A DNA stretch of 64,000 nt from the NCBI GenBank assembly GCA_963745075.1, contig CAVUWV010000023.1, forward strand, positions 32,001-96,000, read 5' to 3'. Of this stretch, positions 9,836 through 18,830 are shown piece after piece. The position numbers and the translations under genes are program-made. Origin of the DNA: Candidatus Hydrogenedentota bacterium (GTDB taxonomy: Bacteria > Hydrogenedentota > Hydrogenedentia > Hydrogenedentales > SLHB01). The notes under the pieces were generated by a model, which saw only the letters and a list, made by a program, of their open reading frames with translations, was not told where the DNA came from and searched no databases. The first letter of the stretch is position 1, and every line of letters starts with the position of its first letter.

Positions 9836-10783
9836 ATGACGGACGGCGAGATCATCGTGCTCATGGCCTTGCTGCGCATTCCGGGCGCGGGCAACATGGC
9901 GGCGCGCCGGGCGGTGGCACTGGCAAAGCACCTGGTCGTTTCGCTGCACGAATTGCCGGAAATCCCCGCGCGGGAATTGCTGGAGCGGTTTCCGTCCAAC
10001 CAAACGGACCAGCTCGCGACACTGCTTCCTCAATGTACGGCGGTTGCGCAGGTGCACGAAGGGCGCTTTCTCGACCGTGTGCTCCACTCGGGCGCGCAGG
10101 TGATTACGTGCGCCGACAACGACTACCCCGAATCGCTCGCGCGTGACTTGGGCAACCGTGCGCCTGCCTTGCTTTTCCTCGCCGGCGACCGCGAATTGCT
10201 CGAAGCACCGGCGGCCGCCGTCGTCGGCGCGCGGGATGTGAGCCGGCGTGGTTCGATTCTGGCCGACGAAACGGCGGCAGCGTTCGCGCGGGCAGGAGTC
10301 GGCGTCGTCAGCGGCGGCGCGACGGGCGTAGACACGGCCGCCCATGCCGCGGTGCTGATAAACGGCGGTAAGACCGTCGTTGTGTTGCCGCAAGGGCTCC
10401 TCACCTTTCGTGGCTCGCGAGAACTGTTGCAGGCCGTGGAAGACGGACGCGCCGCGATCCTCAGCGAATTCCTCCCGGACATGACGTGGCAGACCCACGC
10501 GGCCGTGACCCGCAACGCGACCATCAGCGCGTTGGCGAATCTGGTGTGCGTCATCGAGCCGAAGAAACAGGGGGGCAGCGTGCGTACCGCGCGGTACGCC
10601 ATCGAACACGGAAAACGGGTGTTGGTGTATTGCGACCCGCGTCACCGCGATCTCGCGGATACGTTGACCCGGGCCGGCGCCGGATCGTTGCTTGACGCGG
10701 ACGGACAGTTCGATGCGGAATACCTGCTCGACCAGTGGAATACCGCCCCGACACCGGCCGGCGGACAGGCGGAACTGTTCTAA
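9836..10783 (+). CDS. dprA: DNA-processing protein DprA/Smf family
   Basis: YP..L, P.LLF..G, AVVGAR, VVSGGATGVDTAAH, SEFLP, RNATISAL, GGS..TA..A. Confidence 0.88.
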   Translation: MTDGEIIVLMALLRIPGAGNMAARRAVALAKHLVVSLHELPEIPARELLERFPSNQTDQLATLLPQCTAVAQVHEGRFLDRVLHSGAQVITCADNDYPESLARDLGNRAPALLFLAGDRELLEAPAAAVVGARDVSRRGSILADETAAAFARAGVGVVSGGATGVDTAAHAAVLINGGKTVVVLPQGLLTFRGSRELLQAVEDGRAAILSEFLPDMTWQTHAAVTRNATISALANLVCVIEPKKQGGSVRTARYAIEHGKRVLVYCDPRHRDLADTLTRAGAGSLLDADGQFDAEYLLDQWNTAPTPAGGQAELF

Positions 10784-10880
10784 AAGGGGGGCACGGGCGT
10801 CTCGCCCGTGTTTGGAGCAACACGGTTCGCCGACGGGCACGAAGCAGATACCGGACGGGCGAGACGCCCATGCTCCCTTT
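10783..10880. repeat. REP doublet (inverted)
   Basis: GGGCGTCTCGCCCGT (10795-10809) and ACGGGCGAGACGCCC (10855-10869), with imperfect outward extension. Confidence 0.8.
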
Positions 10881-10979
10881 TTTGCCCGCTCCGAACCGAC
10901 GAAGTCCGCAATTGTGTTAACCTGTGGGCGAGATCGTTCCTGCAAGGCGTGTTTCTCGAGTCCTCAAAGGAGAACAGTT

Positions 10980-11864
10980 ATGGCGACGGAAGCCGTACCG
11001 TATCGGTCGATACACGAAATGGTGGGAAATACCTTCACTCCGATGAAATCTGCGGCGGATGCGACGCAGTTCAGGCTGAGTGATGCACAAGCGGACGAAT
11101 TTCGTGAACGCGGGTTTGTAAAGGGGCCGCGTGTGTTGAATGACATGCAGATTGGGGTCCTGCGCGAGGGACTCGAACGGATCCGCACTGGCGAGAACGA
11201 GCGGCTCGGCGAACTGTACGAGGTCGACGATGCGTGGAAGAATGCGCCCGAACAGAACGTCTTCCACTTCCTGGGCGCCTGGCGCATCGACGAAGCCTTT
11301 CACGATATTCTGTTTCATCCCGCCGTGACGGTGCCCGTGAGCCAGTTGTTGGACACGCCGCGCGTGCGGTTCTGGCACGACCAGGTCTTCTATAAACCCG
11401 CGCGGCACCCGGGCGTCGTGGCGTGGCACCAGGACTACTCGTACTGGACACGCAGCGTGCCCGCGCGGCATCTCACCATCTGGATCGGCCTCGACGACTC
11501 GACCCTGGCCAACGGCTGCATCCACTTCGTGCCGGGGAGCCACCAGTGGCCCTTGTTGCCGAAACTGCAACTGCTGGAGAACATGGACGCGATCCGCGAC
11601 ATCCTCACGCCCGAACAACTCGCCGCGTTCAAACCGGAGCCCATGGAACTCAAGGCCGGCGAATGCTCCTTCCACGACTCGATGACCCTCCACGGTTCCT
11701 ACGGCAACAATTCCGACATCCCCCGCCGCGGCGTCGTCCTCAACTTCATGCACCCCGAAACCAAAAGCGCCGACGGCACGAAACCCCTGCTGGTACACAC
11801 GCCCGTCATCCCGGAGGGTGACGTGATCGAGGGCAAGGATTTCCCGATTGTGTATGACGGCTGA
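10980..11864 (+). CDS. Phytanoyl-CoA dioxygenase (PhyH) family Fe(II)/2OG dioxygenase
   Basis: WHQDYSYW (HxD), NGCIHFVPGSH, TLHGS..N.S..PRR. AAGGAG RBS. Confidence 0.92.
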   Translation: MATEAVPYRSIHEMVGNTFTPMKSAADATQFRLSDAQADEFRERGFVKGPRVLNDMQIGVLREGLERIRTGENERLGELYEVDDAWKNAPEQNVFHFLGAWRIDEAFHDILFHPAVTVPVSQLLDTPRVRFWHDQVFYKPARHPGVVAWHQDYSYWTRSVPARHLTIWIGLDDSTLANGCIHFVPGSHQWPLLPKLQLLENMDAIRDILTPEQLAAFKPEPMELKAGECSFHDSMTLHGSYGNNSDIPRRGVVLNFMHPETKSADGTKPLLVHTPVIPEGDVIEGKDFPIVYDG

Positions 11865-11958
11865 AGGATAAGGGATGCGGTAAGAATCCTCTCGCACCCC
11901 AGCGGCCGAATCGTGCCAATATTATGTTGCGTGCGATATTGACAGGAGGTCGAGTATC

Positions 11959-12228
11959 ATGAGCGTGCGAGCGGATAGCATCCCAGAAATCCGCGCCATG
12001 AGTGTCGCGGAGAAAATACTTCTGGTGGAGGACATCTGGAATAGCATCGCTTCGCAGGAATGCGAAGTTCCCGTCCCCCCGAGCCACATTAATGAATTGG
12101 AGAAGCGACGTGAGAATCTCGACCCGGGAAACCTACTATCGCTCGAAGAACTTCGCATCCGAATTGATCGTAAAACCATGGCAAACGTGCAGCCACGAAC
12201 GGCAGAGAAATGTACAAACCGCGCTTGA
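11959..12228 (+). CDS. Addiction module antitoxin component (TIGR02574-like)
   Basis: MSVAEKILLVEDIWNSI...ELEKRR...SLEE pattern. GGAGG RBS. Confidence 0.75.
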   Translation: MSVRADSIPEIRAMSVAEKILLVEDIWNSIASQECEVPVPPSHINELEKRRENLDPGNLLSLEELRIRIDRKTMANVQPRTAEKCTNRA

Positions 12229-12398
12229 CGTACTTTCGAAAGGAAGACGTACTGCACTTGACGATTCTGGAGGAAACCGCGGCAGGCAGCACCGAACCCT
12301 GCCCGATCGTCACGGCCGAATTCAACGTGAAAGGCGATCTGATTGGCATCGAAATTCTCAATGCTAGCAGCTTCTTGAACCCTAGGCACACAGGGTAG
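12210..12398 (+). CDS. DUF2283 family small protein
   Basis: Y....DVL.L...G.LIGIEILNAS pattern. Confidence 0.7.
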   Translation: MYKPRLTYFRKEDVLHLTILEETAAGSTEPCPIVTAEFNVKGDLIGIEILNASSFLNPRHTG

Positions 12399-12410
12399 AG
12401 AAGGGAAGCT

Positions 12411-13112
12411 ATGAATACTGGTATTCGATTCTGGTTCATCCTAGTGCTTGCTTCTTCGATCCACGCGCTTGCACCCCTTCCTGCGTACGGGACAGCTCAG
12501 GAATCCGATCTGCTTGTCTTAAACGGGAAGGAACGTGAAATTCTGACCAATCCACTTGAAACGTTTTTGCGCGAGCACCCCGAAAAACGTCCTTCATCGG
12601 ACGTTCAGCTTACATCGCTGTGGCGGGGATACATTGCCGTGTGGAACATCGATGACGATAGACTATCCCTTGTCGACGTAGCGGTTAGGCGAATACGCGT
12701 GGGCGACGAGGACTCGTGGTTGATGGAGACCGAGTCAGTCCTTTCGGCGGTATTCCCCGGGCAGGATTCTGTACCTGCCACGTGGTATACGGGGTACCTT
12801 ATCGTTCCCGACGGAAAACGGATCGAGTACGTACATATGGGGTACGGGTCCTTATACAAACGATACATTGTCCTGACCGTGCGCAAAGGAACTGTGACTC
12901 AACGCGAGCAACTCAAAGCCAGAGGATTCCGGGAGTTTCGCGAGAAGCAGTTCGAGTCATTCAAGGAAACCGTTGAATACAGGGACGAATTGGCCAAGCT
13001 TCAAGACGGAAGGGACCGATCGAGAGAGGAACTTGAAGACTTTCTTTTTGACTATCTCTCGGAGCAGTACACGAACATGATTTTCGATTCCGAATCGGAG
13101 CGTAGACCTTGA
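12411..13112 (+). CDS. Secreted hypothetical protein
   Basis: Signal peptide followed by TAQ..D, NPLE, T..WRGYIA.W, A.WY.G, YVHMGY.SLY. Clean 233-aa ORF. Confidence 0.75.
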   Translation: MNTGIRFWFILVLASSIHALAPLPAYGTAQESDLLVLNGKEREILTNPLETFLREHPEKRPSSDVQLTSLWRGYIAVWNIDDDRLSLVDVAVRRIRVGDEDSWLMETESVLSAVFPGQDSVPATWYTGYLIVPDGKRIEYVHMGYGSLYKRYIVLTVRKGTVTQREQLKARGFREFREKQFESFKETVEYRDELAKLQDGRDRSREELEDFLFDYLSEQYTNMIFDSESERRP

Positions 13113-13176
13113 TCCAGAATCCCCTCTCCACCGGCCGACTTGGACACGGTCGTTTCCAAACTGTTACGACGGCGCC

Positions 13177-13196
13177 TACAACATTTGTTGTATACT
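13177..13196 (+). promoter_or_regulatory. Palindromic operator overlapping the -10 box of the DUF433-DUF5615 operon
   Basis: TACAACA-TT-TGTTGTA (13177-13192) overlaps TATACT (13191-13196). Confidence 0.55.
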
Positions 13197-13236
13197 TCTA
13201 CCGGACAGTGTTTTCACCGCAGAGGCAAGAAGAATC

Positions 13237-13467
13237 ATGGATGAACTGACGCGCATCACCTTTAACCCGGAAGTAATGGGAGGAAAACCCTGCATCCGCG
13301 GGCTCCGAGTCACGGTAGGGACAGTAGTGGGACTTGTCGCGTCAGGCTGCTCCACGGATGAGATACTGAGACTATACCCATACCTGGAGGCGGATGATAT
13401 CAAGGAAGCGCTGTCCTACGCCGCGTGGCGAGCGGAGGAAATCGAAGTCCCCATTAGCCGCCAATGA
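13237..13467 (+). CDS. DUF433 family antitoxin
   Basis: RITFNPEVMGGKPCIRGLRVTV...YPYLEADDIKEALSYAAW. Confidence 0.92.
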   Translation: MDELTRITFNPEVMGGKPCIRGLRVTVGTVVGLVASGCSTDEILRLYPYLEADDIKEALSYAAWRAEEIEVPISRQ

Positions 13468-13838
13468 AATTCCTCATTGACATGAACCTTTCTCCGGAAT
13501 GGGTACACGTCTTTGAGCGCGAAGGCTGGCAGTCTGCGCATTGGTCCGACATCGGCGATCCGGGGGCGCTAGACCGCACAATTCTGGCATGGGCACAGGT
13601 AAACGAGTATTGCATCGTCACCCACGATCTGGACTTCGGTGCGATTCTGGCCGCCACCGGCAATCAGAGCCCAAGTGTCGTGCAAATCAGAACGCAAAAT
13701 GTGACTCCTGGACACTTGGGAAGTTTACTCATCGAGGTACTCCGTCAACACGAGTTGGCCATCGATAGCGGAGCACTAGTGGTTGTGGATGAATCTAAAT
13801 CGAGAGTCCGCGTCTTACCGTTGCGAAGCCAAAGGTAG
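13464..13838 (+). CDS. DUF5615 family PIN-domain toxin (VapC45-like)
   Basis: MKFLIDMNLSP, D..I...A, VTHDLDFG. ATGA overlap with DUF433. Confidence 0.92.
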   Translation: MKFLIDMNLSPEWVHVFEREGWQSAHWSDIGDPGALDRTILAWAQVNEYCIVTHDLDFGAILAATGNQSPSVVQIRTQNVTPGHLGSLLIEVLRQHELAIDSGALVVVDESKSRVRVLPLRSQR

Positions 13839-14187
13839 TCTGAACCGTCCTTCCTGGTCCGCATCTCAACTCCGCAGCATTCGATGGTCAAGAAGGTCCA
13901 TGCCGGGGAACCCCGTTGTGGCGCTGGACTTGCACACCCTTGGCCAGGGCTGTGGCTCTCTCGGAACGCCGCGCGGATATCCCCGGGTATCCCCCGCAAC
14001 GGACCCTGTACTCGAAAAATCATGACAGTTCGCCTTCTCCGGACGCATATGCAAATCGGGTTGGACTTCACTGCGGCGCCGCCGTCGTAGACGGTTTGAA
14101 ACCGGATCGCTGCAATACTGGTGCGCATTTTCCCCGAAACTTTGTTATGCTTGGAGGTGTCGGTATGCAGCGACAAGGAGCGGACCC

Positions 14188-15330
14188 ATGGCGCGGGAAA
14201 CATACGACGTTATCGTGCTCGGACTTGGGGCGATGGGCAGTGCGGCCATGTACTATCTGGCCGAATGCGGGGCCCGGGTCTGTGGCATCGAGCGGCACGG
14301 CATCGCCCATGACCTGGGCAGTTCGCACGGGGGCACCCGTGTGTTCCGGAAGGCGTATTTCGAACACCCCGACTATATCCCACTCTTGGAGCGTTCCCAG
14401 GCCGAGTGGCAAAAGCTGGAACAAGCGACGGGCGTCGAGCTTTTAGTGCCGAGCGGGCTGATTCTCTCCGGCGTTCCGGAGTCCCCCCTGATCCGAGGAC
14501 TTGACGCGTGCTACGCGGCCCACGATCTTCCACACCGGAAGATGAGTGCGGGCGAAGCGCGCGCCGAATTCACGCAGTTCCGGTTGCCGGGCGATCACGT
14601 TGTCTATCACGATCCCGAAGCGGGCTACCTGCGGCCGGAAGCGTGCATCGAACAGCACGTTGCGATGGCGCGACAGGAAGGCGCGACGCTGTTGCTTCAC
14701 GAAGACGCGCTTGCCTGGCGTTCGGACGGCACATCGGTAACGGTCACGACGAATCAGCGTGAAATCTCCGCAGGCAATCTGGTTTTGACCGCGGGACCGT
14801 GGGCGGCGGGGACGCTGGGTGAATTGGGGGTTGCCTTCCATGTGCTGCGCAAAGTGCAACTCTGGTATACCGCGCCGGATATGACGCGCTATCGCGCGGG
14901 CGAGATGCCGTGCTTTTATGTGGACACCGACTACGGTGGTTTTTACGGTTTCCCGGCGATTGACGAATTGGGCATCAAGATCGCCGAGCATACCGGCGGC
15001 GATCCGGTGGACGATCCGGATAACCTGAACCGCGGCCTCGAGACGGAAGATGAAACGAAGATTCACCGCTTGCTCAACGACGTGTTTCCGTCGATGGACC
15101 CTCATCGCACGCATTTCAGCGTGTGCATGTACTCGATAACGGCGGATCATCACTTTATCATCGACAAGCACCCTCGGCACAAGAACGTCATCATCGCGGC
15201 CGGATTTTCCGGTCACGGTTTCAAATTCGCCCCGGTCATCGGGGAGATTCTTTCGGACCTTGTGGTGGACGGCACCACGATGCACCCGTTGGATCTTTTC
15301 AAGATTGACCGGTTCGCTCACGCGTTCTGA
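14188..15330 (+). CDS. solA: N-methyl-L-tryptophan oxidase / monomeric sarcosine oxidase family
   Basis: GLGAMGS, GSSHGGTR, CMYS.T.D.HFIID, GFSGHGFKF. Confidence 0.88.
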   Translation: MARETYDVIVLGLGAMGSAAMYYLAECGARVCGIERHGIAHDLGSSHGGTRVFRKAYFEHPDYIPLLERSQAEWQKLEQATGVELLVPSGLILSGVPESPLIRGLDACYAAHDLPHRKMSAGEARAEFTQFRLPGDHVVYHDPEAGYLRPEACIEQHVAMARQEGATLLLHEDALAWRSDGTSVTVTTNQREISAGNLVLTAGPWAAGTLGELGVAFHVLRKVQLWYTAPDMTRYRAGEMPCFYVDTDYGGFYGFPAIDELGIKIAEHTGGDPVDDPDNLNRGLETEDETKIHRLLNDVFPSMDPHRTHFSVCMYSITADHHFIIDKHPRHKNVIIAAGFSGHGFKFAPVIGEILSDLVVDGTTMHPLDLFKIDRFAHAF

Positions 15331-15416
15331 CGGCGTGCACCGTCGACATAACCCGTATACAATAGGAAGGAAGAACTGCGCTTCCCCCCGGCGTGCAGAG
15401 AAAGGAGTTTGAACTC

Positions 15417-16289
15417 ATGCCCGACGGAGTCATCACGGATGACCAGATACGGTTTTTCCGCGAGAACGGATATCTGATTCTCCGCAGCGTTATCCATGGC
15501 GAAGAGTTTACGCGTTTGCGCAACGCCATGAACCGGCTCACCGAATACGGCAAGCTGGGGGTCCAGGGGGAACCCGACTACTTGTACGAACCCGGGCCGA
15601 AATCGGGGACGCGGGTCCTTCGCCGCATTGAATACATCGTGGACAAGGCGGACGAGGCGAAGGTGCTGCTCGGCCATCCGTTTATCCTGCGGTCGGTGGA
15701 GAAGCTGGCGGGCAGCGATTTCATACCGACGTGGGATTCGCTGGTGACGAAACTGCCCAAGGAGGGGGCGCAGATCCCTTGGCATCGCGACGCAGACACG
15801 CGGTACATGGGCGACACGCCCATCTTCAGCGTGGATTTCTATCTCGATCCCGCGGACGAGGATACGTGCCTGTGGATCTTGCCCGGCAGCCACCGGTGGG
15901 GCACGGAGGACGCGGAGCGCGCCATTGGCCGCCCGGGGTTTGAGACGAAAGGCGCGAAGCCCATGGTCATGCAGCCGGGGGACGTGCTGTTCCACAACAT
16001 CTTCCTGTTGCACGGGTCGAAGGAAAACGTGTCGCTAAAAACCCGGCGTGTGATCTATTTCGAGTTTCGCACGGCGCACATCGAAGCGGCGAAGGGTCCC
16101 CACACGCCGGAGTATATCCGGCTCAAACAGCGGATCTTGTTGGATTGCATCGAACGGCGCAAAGCCGCGCCGTATGTGGCGGAGGACGAAACGCCGTACA
16201 CCTACGCGCCGCCGGGACCGTGGAAGGTGGAACCGGTCAGCGAGCCGCTCTCGTCGCACCGCGTTCCGCACGAGGAGTATTGGCGGTAA
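15417..16289 (+). CDS. PhyH family Fe(II)/2OG dioxygenase
   Basis: WHRD, LPGSH, PGDVLFH...LHGS..N...RR. AAGGAG RBS. Confidence 0.9.
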   Translation: MPDGVITDDQIRFFRENGYLILRSVIHGEEFTRLRNAMNRLTEYGKLGVQGEPDYLYEPGPKSGTRVLRRIEYIVDKADEAKVLLGHPFILRSVEKLAGSDFIPTWDSLVTKLPKEGAQIPWHRDADTRYMGDTPIFSVDFYLDPADEDTCLWILPGSHRWGTEDAERAIGRPGFETKGAKPMVMQPGDVLFHNIFLLHGSKENVSLKTRRVIYFEFRTAHIEAAKGPHTPEYIRLKQRILLDCIERRKAAPYVAEDETPYTYAPPGPWKVEPVSEPLSSHRVPHEEYWR

Positions 16290-16439
16290 GGCGAGGGGTG
16301 GTACGAAGCGGTCTTTGTGCGCGCTGCGTGCGTTCATCGTGATTCGTAATCGTGCTCGTTATCGTAATCGGAAAAAAGGGACTACGCGTGCCTGCCATGT
16401 TCGAAGAGTCGATTACGAGAGGACGAGGGGGCAGTTGCG

Positions 16440-16868
16440 TCACGCGGGTTGCGGCAACAGGTACAGGATCACGTAAATCAGTACCCCCGTCACGGAGACA
16501 TACATCCACACCGGCCAGAGCCAGCGCGTGATCCGGGTATGGGCCTCGAATCGTCCCTTGAGCGCGAAGTACACGGCGGCAAGAATGAACGGCGTCATCA
16601 ACGTCGCGAGAGGGGTGTGGCTGAGCAGGATGGCGAAGTAGAGGATCCGCATCGCGCCATGACCCTGGTACCGGGTGATGCCGGCGGCGGTGAAGTGGTA
16701 GTACATGTAGCAGGTCAGGAACGCCGCCGATGCCACCAACGCCGCGAGCATAAGGGCCTTGTGACGGTCGCGGTTGCCGGATTTAATCGCGCGCCAGCCC
16801 AGAAACAGCAGCACGGCGGCGATGCCGTTCAGCGTGGCGTTGATGGTAGGAAGCAGCGGGATACTCAT
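16440..16868 (-). CDS. DUF420 family membrane protein (cytochrome oxidase assembly associated)
   Basis: LPTINATLNG, H...M, FL..Y..YH, ILLSH, H...R...P.W.YVSVTG. Confidence 0.9.
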   Translation of the reverse strand: MSIPLLPTINATLNGIAAVLLFLGWRAIKSGNRDRHKALMLAALVASAAFLTCYMYYHFTAAGITRYQGHGAMRILYFAILLSHTPLATLMTPFILAAVYFALKGRFEAHTRITRWLWPVWMYVSVTGVLIYVILYLLPQPA

Positions 16869-16912
16869 CGCTAAAGTTTCAATTCTCGATCCTGGCGAAC
16901 TTACAATCTTGT

Positions 16913-16963
16913 CGATTACGATTACGATTACGATTACGATTACGTTTACGTTTACGTTTACGA
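16913..16963. repeat. Hexamer microsatellite (CGATTA)5(CGTTTA)3
   Basis: Read directly from the SCO-DUF420 intergenic region. Confidence 0.95.
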
Positions 16964-16976
16964 GGGGGAGTGTGAA

Positions 16977-17609
16977 TTACGATTCCGACTTCTCTTGGAG
17001 CAGCCGATCGATGTCGCCTTTGAGACGGAGGGTGTCCGCTTCATCCATGCCGTCGTAGTAGCCCCGGATGTGGCCGTTGCCGTCGATGAGCACGAAGCGC
17101 TGGCTGTGCGCCATGGGAGTTTCCGGCACGCCGACCTTGAAGCCTTCCGTACCGGCCATCCGATTGATCTTCTCGATGGGACCCGTGAGGAAGTGCCAGC
17201 GGTTGGTGTCGGCCTGATGCTCGTTCGCGTACTCGGCCAGCACCTCCGGCGAATCCGTATCCGGGTCCGTCGAAAAGGAAACGAACTGGACACGATCGTT
17301 GCCGGTGTACTTGTCGTGCAGGGTCTTCATGTTTTTCGACATGACGGGGCAAGCGCCTTGGCAGGACGTCAAGAACAGATCCGCCACCCAGACTTTCCCG
17401 ACGAGCTGCGCCTTGGTGAATTCGTTACCGGTCGAGTCGACCAGCGAAAAATCCGGCACGACGCCTACGTCATAGAGTGAGTCCGGTTCGGTTTGCACGC
17501 CGGGCGTGGCCTTGACGGCGGAGGTGCGCTGGATGAACAGCGGCGTCACGCTGAGGGCGACCAGGATGACGGCCAGGATGGCGATGAGGGCGATTCTGCG
17601 GGAATTCAT
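16977..17609 (-). CDS. SCO1/SenC family copper chaperone
   Basis: N-terminal TM, CQGAC (CxxxC), DP..D.PE.L, W.FLTG, HS..F.L.D. Confidence 0.92.
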   Translation of the reverse strand: MNSRRIALIAILAVILVALSVTPLFIQRTSAVKATPGVQTEPDSLYDVGVVPDFSLVDSTGNEFTKAQLVGKVWVADLFLTSCQGACPVMSKNMKTLHDKYTGNDRVQFVSFSTDPDTDSPEVLAEYANEHQADTNRWHFLTGPIEKINRMAGTEGFKVGVPETPMAHSQRFVLIDGNGHIRGYYDGMDEADTLRLKGDIDRLLQEKSES

Positions 17610-17666
17610 GATGCGGTTTCCTGTACTGCCTGAATTATGGCTTCATGACCCACGGGGCCGGAGCGG

Positions 17667-18561
17667 TCAAAGGCTAAAGTCTATCACAATCAACATCAGC
17701 AAGAGCGGAAGATACAGAACCAACGTCTTAAGCACGCGCCGGGCGTCTCCCACGGAGCCGGTGCGCACCAGGGGGAAACACGAGGCCAGCATGTAGATTC
17801 CCAGCAGCACCGCGCCGACTGAATACACGTAGCCGGAAAGTCCAATGGCGGTCGGCAAAAGCGATACGGGAATCAACAGCGCCGCGAATCCGATGATCTG
17901 GCGGAAGGTCCGGCGGCCGCCCGGATCGTTTACGGGCAGCATCTTGAACCCGCCCTTGCGGTAGTCGTCCTTGAATATCCAGGCAATGGAATAGAAATGC
18001 GGCTGCTGCCAAATGAACAGGATCAGGAACAAGACCCAGGCCCCGGTTTCAATCTGGCCCGTTGCAGCGGTCCAGCCGCCCACCGGAGGCAAGGCGCCGG
18101 GAATGGCCCCGATCAAGGTGTTCAACCAGGACACGCGCTTCATCGGGGTATAGACCAGGACGTAGAGGAACGCGGTCAATAGCCCTAGGAAGGCTGTCAA
18201 CAGGTTCACTTTCCACATGAGCAGCAGGACGCCGCCGAGCACCAGATATTCGCCCAGTAGAAGGGCATGATTCGCAGGGACGGCGCCCGAAGGGATGGGC
18301 CGGTTGCGCGTGCGGTCCATAAGGGCGTCGATGTCGCGTTCGAGGAAGTGGTTCAGCGATCCGGAGCCGCCGGAGACCATCGCCACGCCAATCAGCGTGT
18401 AAATCAGGCCGTGAACGGATTCCCACCCGTGGAAGCCGATGCCGCCCATGAAATAGCCGAGCGTCGCGGTTACCAGCACCAAGCGTGGTGATTCGGGGTT
18501 TGGTCAGGTCCAAATAGGCCCCATAGGGAATGGAGCGTAAACGCGTAATAATTGTCTTCAC
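17667..18561 (-). CDS. cyoE: Protoheme IX farnesyltransferase (heme o synthase), apparent frameshift at ~18482
   Basis: LTKPRI in one frame, then D..M.RT..RP.PSG, YTPMKR, GA.PGALPP..GW.A, WQ.PHF, DY..GG..MLP. Confidence 0.92.
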
Positions 18562-18776
18562 GGGGGATAATTCGCCTATGGTTCAGTCGGTTTTCAGCTA
18601 AGATAACGGCCCACCAGGATTGGCCGAAAACGCAAAGTATAGCCGATAAACGCGACAAAAATCGACCCATCACCTCAGATTCCCGGCAATATCAGGCGTA
18701 ACGACGCCAAGCCGCGAAATATTTCACGAAATTCGCGAAATGGGAATCTACAACCGGTCCGAGACGTGGACGCAAT

Positions 18777-18804
18777 AAAAATGCCGCGCTTGGCGAGCGC
18801 GGCA
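18777..18804 (-). terminator. Rho-independent terminator after htpG
   Basis: 9-bp stem TGCCGCGCT/AGCGCGGCA followed by a T5 tract on the minus strand. Confidence 0.8.
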
Positions 18805-18830
18805 GTACGATTCACGCGAAAGGCGGTATA

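Noticed and set aside
13840..14185. Intergenic stretch with several short ORFs
   Set aside because: No RBS-supported ORF, protein motif or convincing RNA fold; possibly a decayed remnant.
16913..16963. Repeat arrays as CRISPR
   Set aside because: Units of 6-9 bp without spacers, and no cas genes in the window.
18620..18650. GCCGATAA sigma28-like -10 box
   Set aside because: No TAAA at the right spacing and no plus-strand gene downstream.
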